DNA of 63,999 nt, the filler included, from Dirinaria sp. TL-2023a (Eukaryota): the NCBI GenBank assembly GCA_051941275.1. It is 3 parts of 3 records of this genome, joined end to end, with 100 filler letters (N's around TTAATTAATTAA, not from the genome) between each part and the next. Parts side by side here need not be neighbours in the genome. Positions count along the whole stretch, not along the records: positions 22,120 to 44,134 come from JAVEBF010000240.1; 2 more parts are not named here. One strand, 5' to 3'. Positions 22,552-35,141 of this stretch are shown here, in pieces. Within the stretch, counting starts at the first letter, position 1; each line of letters opens with the position of its first letter. Both the position numbers and the translations under genes were made by a program. The notes below the pieces were generated by a model, which was not told where the DNA came from, made no database searches, and saw nothing but the letters and a program-made list of their open reading frames with translations.

Positions 22552-25197
22552 CTACGTATAAATACTCTCGGTGTAAGCATTCACCTGCATCCCTTTCTCG
22601 GCCATCTCGGCATCCTTGAGGAAATCAAGCGGCATCCAGACCAAATGACCCCTGATCTGGTCCAGCTTCTGCCGCACCTCCTCCGCCGGCATGAACGGGT
22701 CGTGCAGGTGGCCTTGCTTGAATTTGTTGTGCCGCGGCAGGAAGGCTTCGTAGTCGTCGAAGGATTTGACTAGGTTGGTAGGGAGTATTAGATATCACTC
22801 TTCACTAGTAATCAGATGTATTTGATAGAATAAATAACTCACTATTGTCATCTGGATCAGCCCTGAACAGGTGTCGGAAGACCTGCGTATTCGTCGTCGC
22901 TTGCCCCGTCCATGTCTCCCACAGCTTCTCGTTCATCGGATCAATCACAAATTCCTCTTCCGGCCCTTCTCTCGGCTCGTTCATGCACACATCCGGCGGC
23001 TGCGCATTAGGATCCTTACTCGCATCCAGATCCTGCGCGGGTGCTAAGCCGAGATGTTCCCGCCACAGCAAGCGCCGCAGAGTCGCTGCATGTCGGCCGG
23101 CTTTGAACGGTTGCCCGTCCATGGTCGAATCAATCACGTCGTAGTCTTCCATCACGACGGTGAGTTCGGAATCATGGAAGCCAAGCTGCGACCGGTCGTT
23201 GATGTTCGAGGAGCCGCAAATCACGATGCGGTCGTCCACTATGCAGACTTTGCCGTGGATGTAGAGTTCTTCCTGAACGAAGTTTTCTTTCTCGCCCTCG
23301 AGATCGCCGGACCACTTCTGTTCGCTGACTTTGCCGCCGTTCAGCATGGCCGTTGAGGCAATCGAATCGGCACTGGGAACGTCATCGTCCCCGAGACCGG
23401 CTTCTTTGCGTTGGGCTTCAAACTTGCGCTTTTGATCTACCAAGCGCTCTTTCTCTCCGTCACCGGCATCGTCTTTCTTGCTGCCAGTGGTGTTCTGGAC
23501 CCCTTCACTCATTATCTCTTCGGCCTGGGCGCGCTGGACATCCTGATATTTGACGCCCGATTTCTCCTCCTGTTTTACCATAGCAGGAGTCTTGTTGAGG
23601 CGGTCGTAGGACCGGAGGTTGAAGATAAAGACATGATCACGAGGATTCACGCCCTCTTTCTCAATCTGAGCAAAGATTGAATGTTCTCCGCGGTGGATAG
23701 ATTTATATTGGTAGTCCATAATTGCGCGGGTGCCTGCCGCCGCGTCATCCCGTAGGTCGCCGGCGAAACCAGGAATGGACGGGATCATAATGATAACTCT
23801 GAATTTACGACCTTCTTTCCCGGCCTTGACACAGGCATCTACTATAGCTCTTCCGATTAGATTGTGCACTGGTGCTTGCTCTTCGCCGGTGGCAGTGATG
23901 AAGAACTGGTTCTCGATGTACACAAAATGTTGCGCATTCCTGATAATTTCGCAATAGGCGTTCTGGATGCTGTGTTCTGTCAAGATACCGCTGCTCCAGT
24001 CCGCGCTGCTTCGCACTATTTGCGCGTGCACCGTGCCTTGGTGCTCGTGCGCCCATGGCTTGGTTTCCAGAGGACTAAGAGGATGGCAGATGTATTCGCC
24101 GACGGGATGCTTCGGTCGCTGAACGGCTATCAGATCTTCATTCTCACCTTCTCGGCCTACCATGGTAAGCCAATCGAAGCCTTGCGTTCGCTTGTACTTG
24201 TCCCTCTTCACGAAGTTCCAGCGAAGAACGAAGTGCTCGGCGATATCATAGACGCAGTCGCCAATTACGCCCATTGCGACATCGTGCCACGGCATGCGAC
24301 CATAGTCTGCCTTACTTAACTCATTCGACTTCCAGTCCTCCACGGTTTGAAAGTCCATGATGCGGTTATTGTTGAAGTCCTGACCGGGAAAGAGTTCGTT
24401 GGCGACGCCCGCCGGGTGCACATCTGCCAGGGGATGTTGGCGGTTGTCCCACCGTCCGAAGCAAAGATCCAAGCCTCCAATGAAAGCCAAAGCATAGTCG
24501 ATGACGATGAACTTCTCATGATGCGCCCAGTAGAAAGTCATGTCCCCTGCATTCTCGAAGACATTGTGATCCGGATGCCTCATCACCGTAATATTCCCAT
24601 ACCCTGGAGTGCCTTCTGGACAGAGCGAATGTAACGCATGCTTCGTATGAGCGCTGTTGCAGCTGATGGCCTGCGCGACTTCCTTATACACGATTACATA
24701 GATCTTCACTCCGGCTTCTGCTCGCCTCTTGAGCACCTGGTCCAACCTCCACTCCTGATTATAGTACGGCGGCCGTCGCAAGAACAGCTCCGGACTCAGC
24801 CACCAGTCGGCGATATAGATGGTTTCTTTCGCCTTCTCAAGCGCGACTGAAACCGCCCAGAAATAGTCTCGTCCATCGACGTACCACTTGATCTTATTGC
24901 CATCTCTTTCCGGGGCGAAGGACTCGAAGCGGTGGCTCTCTGCGACCCGGGTGCGTTTCTCGTCGGTAGCCTTCTCATGCTCTTCGTCGTGACGATGGTT
25001 GGGATTGATGATATTGCCGAACTTGCCAACCTTGTTCTTGAAATGGATCGCGCCGACTTTGGCGTCGTAGAGGTGTGTTCCTGAGGGCACGTGCAGTTAG
25101 TGAGGGGAGCGCGGGGTTGATGGAGGGGTTTGGTACCCTTGAGCTGTTCACGAAGCTCCGGGAAAGGATGCTTGAATTTGTCTGCGAAGTTCGGCAT
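22552..25197 (-). CDS. Phospholipase D, short PldA-type without PX/PH domains (introns 25081-25136 and 22769-22842)
   Basis: Two HKD motifs (HHEKFIVID, IHGKVCIVDD), WWLSPELFLRRP, RMPWHDV, YIENQFF and GSSNINDRS. Last exon ends SIYT*. Confidence 0.92.
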
Positions 25198-25885
25198 GAT
25201 TGAAAGATGAGCCCTCGACCAACCTAGGAATGCGATTGAGGGGGACAATGTATCTTAATCGAGGGTGCGGAGCTTCATTGAGAGATAGGAAGAGTCTACA
25301 TAATGTATGTAAGTGAGGAGGTACTCGTAGGGTAAGATACTAATGTACCGATCGAAGGACTGACCGAAAGTCAACAATGCCCAGAAAGCCTAAGCGCTTG
25401 GCAACAGCGACATTTCTTGATTGTGCCCGATTCAAGCCGGTTTGGAAGAGTTCAAGCTTGATTGATGCACGCAATGATTTGCCCGGCAAGCAGCCGTTCG
25501 GCGTCGCCGTATCATAAAAACCTGGTTTGAAGGCATGCAGGAACAGGATGATCACCGTCTACATGTTCGAGGTAGAGTTATCTCCCTCTCCACCATATCA
25601 CCGAGGCACTTGGACCTTTGGCTTGGCGAGATAATGAAGGGCATTAAGGTATGGTCAAGTAGAGTCTATCTACATCCCTTCCCACCAAATCTTCAGACCG
25701 GGTATAATACAACACTGGTGATTTGAAGATGGGCACTTTTGGCACCTAGAACCTGATGCACCATCTGCAATGGGCCCATATTCCTACAAGAGCGTCCAGC
25801 AAGTACGTCCGCCAACCAATGACGCTAAAGTGCAAGACTATACGGGTAACGACAAAATATGAACGGGCAACGGACGAGGTGAAGA

Positions 25886-28800
25886 TCATCGGCCTCGGCT
25901 GGATCTTCGGGTGGTGAAGTATTGAGACGAGATGCTGCGGGGGCTGGTTGGCGTCTGAGTGGGTGTTGCGATCGGGGCCATGCCTATCTTGATCTCTCCG
26001 ACCCTTCGTAGCAAGGCCTGCAGCGCCTGCCGTATCTCCACTCCAGGCTCCCGGTTCAGGAGCTCGACACCCAGGGGATAGAATGTCTCAATATGTCTCT
26101 CGAAATCCTCACGCGAGAAGTGCGTGTATCCTTCCATGACATCAACCACGACCGGTCTCCAAGCCTCAATATTCCGCGGCTGCGACTCATCGAGCAGTAC
26201 GAAGCTGCGAATGATGTCGGCGCAAAGGCTGTCCAAATCTTAGCTTCGATCCCGAAAAGAGCGAATCAGATACTTACGGTATGAGTGCAGCCTCGGTGTC
26301 AGCGCGGCTTCGCCTGCGCTCTTCTCCCTCGTCGTGGTACATTCGGACCAGTATGCTGACATACGTGGCCGCACTACCACTCTCCTGTTTGAGTAGATTC
26401 GGTGGCTGCTTCATGAACCCTTCTCGCCACAGCCTCATCCGGAGCTCCTTGTTGTTATTGAACCGCTTTGCGAAGGAGTAGCTGCCTTTCAGCAGTGACA
26501 TTAGTCGCAGAAGCTCCGAACTAGGGATCTGCGCGTAGACTGCATCATTGGAGAACAGCTCATTGACTGTCTCGATCATCAGTAACTGCAAAACGCATCT
26601 CGTGATTATTTTATTAAAGAAGCGCCGACGTGCCACTGTGACGACAACTGGCTGCTGCTGCAGATTGGACTGCGGACGGTAATCCTCCAAATCAGAAGGC
26701 GCAGATGAAGGCTGGGTGGAAGGTGGGGATGATGTTCGCTGCGTTATGGCGGAGTCAGTAGCCGCATCGCTGGCACCAGTCTCTATCTTTAGGCTTGCTG
26801 ATGTGGGGCTTGGTGGTGCCTCATCCGTTGGCGAGCCGGCTGCAGGCAAATGTACAGAATTTGCAGCACTCCCAGCTCGGTTACGTGATGAATCGCCGTC
26901 AGAGATGTACGAGGACTCAGATGAGGATGTTGCAGCAGAAAATAGTTGGTGAGCCGTCGTTCGGTCAAATAATTCGACGAAGCTGCTGACGATCTTGGTC
27001 CAGTGTTGCTGTTGGAACTTGGTGACGTTCTGCAGGATTAGTTGTTGCAGGCAATTGCTACCAATCCGTGCAATGGTGTCGTTTTCTTGACAGATACATA
27101 GAGCGAGGAGATCGAGGAACCTATCGAGCATGTACTCGAGCGACTGGAAGTAGTGCGTGAAGAGAGTAATCATGTTCCGTAGAGCTTGTATCATAGTGGT
27201 TGAAAGCCAGACTGATAAATCCTCGTGATTCTGCATCTTAGACATTTCAGACTTCGAGCGCAGCACCATGAAAATAGGGTATAGCAGCTGGCGCCAGAGA
27301 ATATCCCAGAATTCGGGCGGGAAATCCCCACCGTATCTGACGAGAGTATCGAAGAGATAGTTCAAAGCCTGCGATCTGACCTCAAGGTCGTCGCCTGTCA
27401 TGAGAACGTCATGGAAAGCAAACAGAACCGGGAACCAGAATTGCTCTTCTTGAGTCTGTCTGCTGGCTACCTTGGCAACTGACGCCCCTTCGAGGCCTGT
27501 ACCATTAGGAAGACTCCCAGATCTGTGCGATAGGGGGCATTCGGGTGTTTTGAGCATTTTTGGCACTGTCGACTTCAGCGTTTCAATGGCTGCCAATGAC
27601 TTCTTCTGGAACTTCAGATTCTTTGAAAACTCGGTCAAGCAAACAATAAGGTCGGCAAAAGCGCCTTGAGAGATTACGACACCGAAACGGGTGTTGTATA
27701 TTTGCGTGACATGATCGAAAGCGAGGTTTACGATGGCTTCTGTTGGATTGTTAAGCAAGGATATCCCGGTACGATCACACATCCCTTGATGACTCACCGT
27801 ACGGCTCCCGTGCAGCAACAGTGAATACCCCAAACATGGTCTTCCATCCCGATCGTATGTTCTCACCCCGAGCCTGTATCATCTGGATTAGGCATCGCAA
27901 CACCATGTCCTTGACCGTTACTGCAGTGGCGTTGCCGATGACATGCTCAAAGGGCTTTAGAAAATCTTTTTGGAATTTGAAACCCGGTAGCTCCTCCAGT
28001 TCCATGAAGCGCATCGACAACTGGCGCAGCGAGTCTAGTGCGAAGAAGACCACATTTGTGTTGGGGTGGCATCCCACCTCGTTGAAATGCTCACCCAAGA
28101 CTTGCCAAATATTCGTCCATTCGAATCTTACCCTGGTCATATTGTAGTAGCTTATCTCAACAAGTTTCTGCAGACTATACGTCCGAGGCGAGTCACTATG
28201 TCCTGATGATTGAATTTCCTGCCAGCTGACTTCGCTTAGAGCGCGGACGAAATGGACTATGGCATCTCCGGAGAGCTCGGCGGTACTGGTAAAGATACGA
28301 TCGACACCCTTGATCACATCAGGTGATCTGCTTTCTTGAGCGATTTCCAGTTGATATGTCGAACTCGAGCTCGGTGGTCGAGGACGAAGCGAAGGTGCCA
28401 ATGATTTTCTTGACCCATTCGAGGGTACCCTGTGAGGTGCGACTACCCGCGCCTTCTGTACATCAGGTAAGATGCCCTCATCCACCCCTCCAGATATCAG
28501 TTGGAATCGATCCAGCTGGCTAATGTTCATGAGGATCTCTCGCCATGCACCCTTCAGAAGGTTGCCCTCAGTCTGTGCTACTTCTAGTAATATCCTGAGT
28601 GCCTCAAAGTTCTTCGCCATCATTTCGCGTAGATTGCCAAGGTTGGTGAACTTCGCAAGGGCCGTTACGAAGGCTTCCCTCGGTGTCGCAAGATCAAACA
28701 AGCAAGCGATGCGGATAGACAATCGCAAGCCTTCCATACACGAACGAATGATTTCGATATTCTGAGTATCTTGCATCTGACCTGAGAGCCCTGTGAGGAA

Positions 28801-31800
28801 TGACATCCATGTAGCATCGAACATTGGCCCAACGTGCTTGAAAGAAGTAGCAGGAATGTACTTTGGTAGGGCTAGCTTCGACGTGGTTTTCTTTTGCGCC
28901 TTGATCATGGACCGGAGTCTCTGTTCTGCCTTACTTGACATCTCTTCCGAAGCTTGAGCATAAGCCTCTTTTTGCATATCTCGGTTAAGTTGCAAGAATA
29001 CCTGACCAGCTCTCGACGCAATACCGCCTTGAGCTGGCTGCGAGACTATTCCGAGAGCGGCCGCGTGTTCTCGCTCGGTATTTAAGACGATCTCGTTGTG
29101 CGCGATTTCATCGTATATACCTGTCAAATACTCGTCGGGCAGATCCGCATTGTCATTTATACCCCTATTGTTCTTGATGAAATCTTCAACGGTCATTCGC
29201 TTTTGCTTCATTTTGCTGCTGTGCTGATCAGTGTTCAGCATGATGACCGAATAGGCTAAGACGTATGCAGTATCTGCATTTGCGAACGCGTTAGGGTTTC
29301 CAGCAATGTACCGCTCAGCAAATTTAAGCATGAAGCGATCGATTTTCTGAGCTTCACCTGGTAAACGAAAACTCTGCAGAAATTGCCTTAACGCATCGAC
29401 AAATTTACGTCTCGTAAAATCCATAGAGTCCACAAAAGCATGCATGATAGCCACGTTCTGGGTGTCGCCCTCACCAAGATACTCTCCGATCATAGCTTTA
29501 TCGAGATTATCATGATGCAAGATGAAAGCAGCGATATCTTCAGGGGATTCGCTTGTGATAAAGCCATCCTTTAGTAGAGCTTTGATCCCTCGCTTAGGTT
29601 TGAAATTGAACTGGGCAATATCCCTTGACAGGGCTGTCTTGCGAGCTTTGGCTTTTTCAAGCTGACTTGGATCATCCTCCAGTTGTGGCGTTGAAGGTGC
29701 TATTGAAGGAGTTTCAGCGGCTGGTATTCTTGGGGATCCAGTGATGTGCCCCGGATCTAGTGAGTCTCGCACCTTCTCAGAAGAGTTACCGAGATCCATG
29801 GACTCAAGCTTCGCTGCGGTCGCCGCAAGGCTATCCTGCGACCAATTCACAAGAGAGCGCAATGTTCGTACTAAGCAATCCAAACCTTGCTGCTTGAGAA
29901 TGTAGTCAACAGGCAGATCAGTCTCTTGATTCGGTGTGGTATTCAAGCTCGCAGTGGTCAGTGGAGGTGGTAATCTGCCGAGATCCTGCCAGTCAAGGTC
30001 TACATCTGCCTCTTTGGCATGTTGCTCTTGGTACTGCTGCTGTTGCTGCGGAGAGATTAGGGCCGGTGTAGTTGACAATCTCGACAGATGTTCGATCATT
30101 CGTTGAAACATATCATCAATCGCGCTAGATTCACAGTCGTAATTGAGGTAGATTTCCACCAAGGCTCGGGGATCCACAGCCAGCCGCTTGAGTATTTTCA
30201 TGACGTAGAGCTTCTGGAAGCTAGGAGCGTTTCTGCGCTCCAGAATAGCAAGGTAGATCTCTTTCAGAAATACCTCGATCTCTCTCTATGATTTCATCAG
30301 CACACTCTCTGTCAACTTTGGCACTGACCATACCTTCAACATTACTCTCATATTTGCAATCATCAACCAGAATATCTCCGCGCAATATTCAAAGACCTGT
30401 CTGACTGAGCTTGCGCCGTTCTTGCTTAAACTTAATCTTAGGTACTGGTTGATAGCCTGACCAAAACTTGTGGGCTCGTTACTGCTACTGCTCCGGATAA
30501 CAACAAGTGGAGATGTGAATACAATCATATGGTTATTCAGAAGTGTACGAATGATGGCGAGGGAGACTAGCTTTGATCGCATGTTTGAAGACCTGATGTC
30601 TTGCTGCTGGTCAGGGCCAAGATTCTTGGTGCTTAATCTGCACATCGACCGGAAGACCAAAAAAGCATCCTTCACGTATATCTCGTCTTCTTCATCTTCG
30701 TCTGGCGTGTACTGCCCATTCTCCCCATTGGTCGCTGTCGCAAATTGTCCTGATGGTGTCCTCAGGTGGGGGGGCGGTGTTTTGGCATGGGTAACCATCG
30801 TTGGCGCGTTGTCACCAATCTTAGCATCGTCGAAGCTCTTTGCGTTTTCAAAGCTCTGCAATGTCAACTTCTCCCTCGGCTCTTTTCGCGCTGGTTTGTC
30901 TGAAGCTTCTAACTCTTGTGCATCTACAGACTGTACTTCTGAGGTGGCGTCGACATCATTTATGCCGCCCGTTTCGCTATTGACCGCTGGGATGCTGCCA
31001 TTGAGGTCCACCTGACTGGTGTTTGCAGTACCCTTCTCCGACGCCAGCTTCGATATGTTCAATCGGGCTTCTTTCATCGATAATCTATTGCTCACCCTTT
31101 CGAAGACAGTCCCGACCATCTGCGTCAACGTCCCCTGAGCAACTTGTTGATTGGCTGGTGACTTTGATAGGAGGAAGATATTGTAGACCTGGCGAACAGC
31201 TTTCAGGAGCCCCGAGCCATGGACTATGACCTTGTCATTGAGCACCGCTGCCAATAACGACTTGACAATCTGCAGCTGTATCTCGGCAGGCGTTGCTTCG
31301 TCTTGAAAACAGTCGCATATCGTGTCGATTGCTCGCTCGATCAAAGGAACTTGCTGCTGTTGGTTCGATGCAGAGGAATCTTGGACAGGCGCGGCTATGG
31401 AAAAGTAAGAATAGGTGATGAGTTTGCCAATGCAATCAAGAGCTGTAGTAGTTAGAACAATGCTCGATGTTTCAGTAGCTAGCCGCAAAGGCTCGAAGAT
31501 TATTTCAGGATTAGGAGCGACATTCCCTTTTTTGATTGCAGCAAGAGCCCTGCTTGCCGAGTCACCTAATGGTTTCTTCTTCTTCGCCTCCTTCGAAGCT
31601 GCTATCTGCTCCAGAGCCGAAACGACAAAGACTATAGAGCTTAAAGGAGCGCTTCGATGGACGCCATCAGTGGTTTCAACGGACGTACGAGCTGAACGCA
31701 CCGGTTCGGTGTCTGCTGGCGAGCCAAGGTAGGAAGGAGCTGGAGGAGTTTGCGCTGGTACCACCTGGGCGTTCTGTGGCGGTGACGGTGGTGGTAGAGG

Positions 31801-32028
31801 CGGCAGAGGGGCTTCTGAGTGAGTGGGTTTGATACTCTCATTCTGCTCGTGGCCTGTCTGGGCTTGGCGGTCCTCGATATTTTCCAGCTCCTTTTGAGGC
31901 GGACCTAAGTCCACCTCTTCCATGACGCCCTCCGCTTGCTGACTTTGTGTATCCGGAGTCCGCGGTTCTTCATTTGGGGGGTCGCCATTCTTTTCCGCCA
32001 GCGTCTCTCGCGTTTCCACATCTGCCAT
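25886..32028 (-). CDS. SEC7: Large Arf-GEF Sec7/BIG (DCB-HUS-Sec7-HDS), 4 exons
   Basis: YLNYDC HUS box, FRLPGEAQKIDR catalytic motif, VIMLNTDQH, IRSGWKTMF and C-terminal PPNLLKQES. Confidence 0.96.
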
Positions 32029-32523
32029 GAGCGACAAATCACCTCCAAGTCATCAATTGACCGGTTGTCCGCCGTCTTGAATGAACCCCGCTCCTTCTCT
32101 TCATGTGTATCTTTAGCATCGGATTTGAAGTCGACACGTACAAGGTTGACGACGGATTTCGTCCTCGGTTTGCAAAGTGTTCTTTGACAAAATCATAAGC
32201 TGAAGCAGGTAGGGACGATCTGGAGGCAATGATTGGTCGATACCTCTGCGTTGCTTTGTCAGCCGGAAAAAGCATCGGCGCGATGTCAGGGAGAAATCGG
32301 AGACCGGAGTGAAAGGAACGGAAGAGCTTACGGTGCCGAAGCCTTGACCTTACGAGCTTACCCGGACCCAACAAAACATCAAGACTTTCCACCACGCTGC
32401 ATGCTCGTTCTCGGAGCACAGTAGTACTGTACTGTTTCTGTCAATGGTTTCCTCTCATTAAACCGCTCTCTCCTTTCTTTGGGTTGTCTTGCCTTTGTGC
32501 GTTCTTTGCGTTCCTGGTCAGCG

Positions 32524-34229
32524 ATGTCAGCAATCGCCGTGCTGCGTTGCGTGCCGGCCCGGTCATGTCTTCGAAATTCACCGGCGTTCGGGAGAATACC
32601 GAAATCTCAGAGTATACCAAAGTGAGATCGATACCCTTTCTGAATGATTTGGAGGTCTCGTTATAGCTTGTGGCGACCAATTGGGCTCACCGTTCGTCAA
32701 TCAGATATACACCTGCCCTCTCAGCTCTTGCCCGGTATTATGCTTCCAAATGTCCGTTTTACGCTCCACATTGTCTCAGGAGCAAATTTTGATATGGGCT
32801 GCAGCTTTCCCTCCGCATACGGTCGTCAGCATGCCTGCGCTGTCACCAACAATGCAGGCAGGAAATATTGGAGCATGGCAAAAAAAGCCCGGTGACACGA
32901 TAGCCCCGGGCGACGTATTGGTTGAGATCGAAACCGACAAAGCACAGATGGACTTTGAATTTCAAGAAGAAGGAGTCCTTGCAAAGATATTGAAGGAGTC
33001 GGGTGAAAAGGATGTAGCAGTTGGAAATGTATGTGAAAATGATATGGAGGCTAAGACAGTCACTGACACTCAGCAAGCCAATCGCCGTCATGGTGGAAGA
33101 AGGCACGGACGTCGCGCCGTTTGAATCCTTCACTCTTGACGACGCCGGCGGAGAGAAGGCCCCTCCAAAATCCGGAGGAGGCGAGGAAGCCGCCGAGTCC
33201 TCAGAACCCCCAGACACAGGCTCTGAAACCTCCCCTTCCACTCTCGGGAAAGACAAAAGTCCTGAACCCTCCTCCACCCCCGAGCCCCAAGAATCCGAAT
33301 CCACAGGCGGCCGCCTGCAGCCCTCCCTCGACCGTGAACCCAGCGCCAGTCCGTCTGCTAAAGCCCTAGCCCTTGAGCGCGGCGTACCCATAGGGCAAGT
33401 CAAAGGCACCGGTCCCGGCGGACGCATCACGAAAGCCGACATCGAGAAATTCAAACCCGGCTCCGCCCCGACTACCGCCACTACCCCAGGTGGTGCTGCC
33501 GCCGCAGCAACATACGAAGACATCCCCGCTTCCTCGATGCGCAAAACCATCGCGAGCCGCCTGACCCAATCCTTCAACCAGAACCCCCACTACTTCGTCT
33601 CCTCCAGCCTCTCCGTCTCCAAACTCCTGAAACTCCGCGCCGCGCTCAACGCCTCGGCCGAGGGCAAATACAAGCTCTCGCTCAACGACTTCCTGATCAA
33701 AGCCTGCGCCGTCGCCTGCCGCAAGGTTCCCGCCGCCAATTCGTCGTGGCGCGAAATGGACGGCCAAGTCGTGGTCCGGCAGCACAACACGGTCGATGTC
33801 TCCGTCGCGGTCGCCACCCCCGTCGGGCTCATGACGCCCATCGTCAAATCCGCCGACAGCATCGGCCTCGAAGCCATCTCCGCCTCGGTCAAGGATCTCG
33901 GCAAGCGCGCGCGCGACGGCAAATTGAAGCCCGAGGAGTACCAGGGCGGGACGTTCACGATCAGCAACATGGGCATGAACGCCGCCGTGGAGCGCTTCAC
34001 GGCCGTCATCAACCCGCCCCAAGCGGCCATCTTGGCCGTCGGCACTACGAAGAAGGTGGCTGTTCCGAAGGCTGGCGAGGACGACGCCTCGGAGGGCGGC
34101 GTCGAGTGGGACGATCAAATCGTTGTCACCGCCAGTTTCGATCACAAGGTCGTCGATGGGGCCGTTGGTGGGGAGTGGATCCGGGAATTGAAGAAAGTGG
34201 TCGAGAACCCATTGGAGATGATGCTGTGA
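32524..34229 (+). CDS. LAT1: Pyruvate dehydrogenase E2, dihydrolipoamide acetyltransferase (4 exons)
   Basis: Presequence MSAIAVLRC...ALARYYASK, lipoyl domain MPALSPTM...EIETDKA, E3-binding [12 protein letters not shown] and catalytic DHKVVDGA. Confidence 0.96.
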
Positions 34230-34479
34230 TGAGGTTTCGTACCTTAGGACTCAATTGGAGGGGGGGAAACCAGCAGCGAGGCTGTGCCTGATCGACCAAG
34301 CAAAACAAAGGGCGCGCCATCTAAAAATTCTCGAGATCCCTTTTCTACTTATTTTTGCTGCCTACATGTACCTCGTACCCCTTCTTTTTCCTTTTTTTCT
34401 TCTTCTTCCAAGTTAAGGTATCTAGAAAGCGGTGAACGGGCGTTCCTATCAAATCAAATGGCCGTTATTTCAGGTTCAC

Positions 34480-35130
34480 ATTTACAGCAACAGCAACAGC
34501 AACAAGGTTGGGGTGTGTAAGTAAAGCAAATTCAGAAAAAGTATCATCCGTCCGTCCGTCCATCAATCAATCTCCTTTCCTTCGTGTAATCCCATTAAAA
34601 AAAAAGAAAAAAAAAAGAAAGAAAGACAGCTCTTTTCTTCCCGAAGCCGCATAAATTCAATTCTTGCTTCAAAAATTCTACCTGCCTACGTGAAAAGTAA
34701 TCTTACCTAAGATATAATAAACTGCATGGATCATACGCCATTATCGTGCTCCTACTCATACTCGTACAAATATAAGTACGATCACAAAGCCCCATTTAAT
34801 CGACGACAATGTGTTTGAATTTTATTTACTTAGCTACCTTACTTCTCTGAACGTGATCATGGTGAATTAAAAAACATCGCCCTATCTTATGTCATGGTAT
34901 CACAAAGCCTTACCTAAGGGATCTGGCTTACCTGGCGAAAATGCATTTACCTTACGTAGGTAGGTAGGTGGAGGTAAGTAAGATTTACCTCGATAATGGT
35001 AGGTAAGGTAGACAGACGAACAACAGCCCGTCCGTTAGGACAAATGCTCCACCATCCATCCATCCACCCCCGCACCTCAATGAGCAAAACACAACAAAAA
35101 AAAAAAAAAAAAGGAGAGGGAGCGAGCAAG
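34480..35130. repeat. Low-complexity intergenic DNA: poly(A), CAGCAA, TCCG, TCAA, TAGG and CATC microsatellites
   Basis: Read directly between the convergent LAT1 and SWI6 stop codons. Confidence 0.8.
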
Positions 35131-35141
35131 AAAGGTACGCA

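Noticed and set aside
22552..32028. PLD next to the Arf-GEF SEC7 as a functional cluster
   Set aside because: Arf-PLD coupling is known for PX/PH-type PLDs. This enzyme lacks those domains, and adjacency alone is not evidence.
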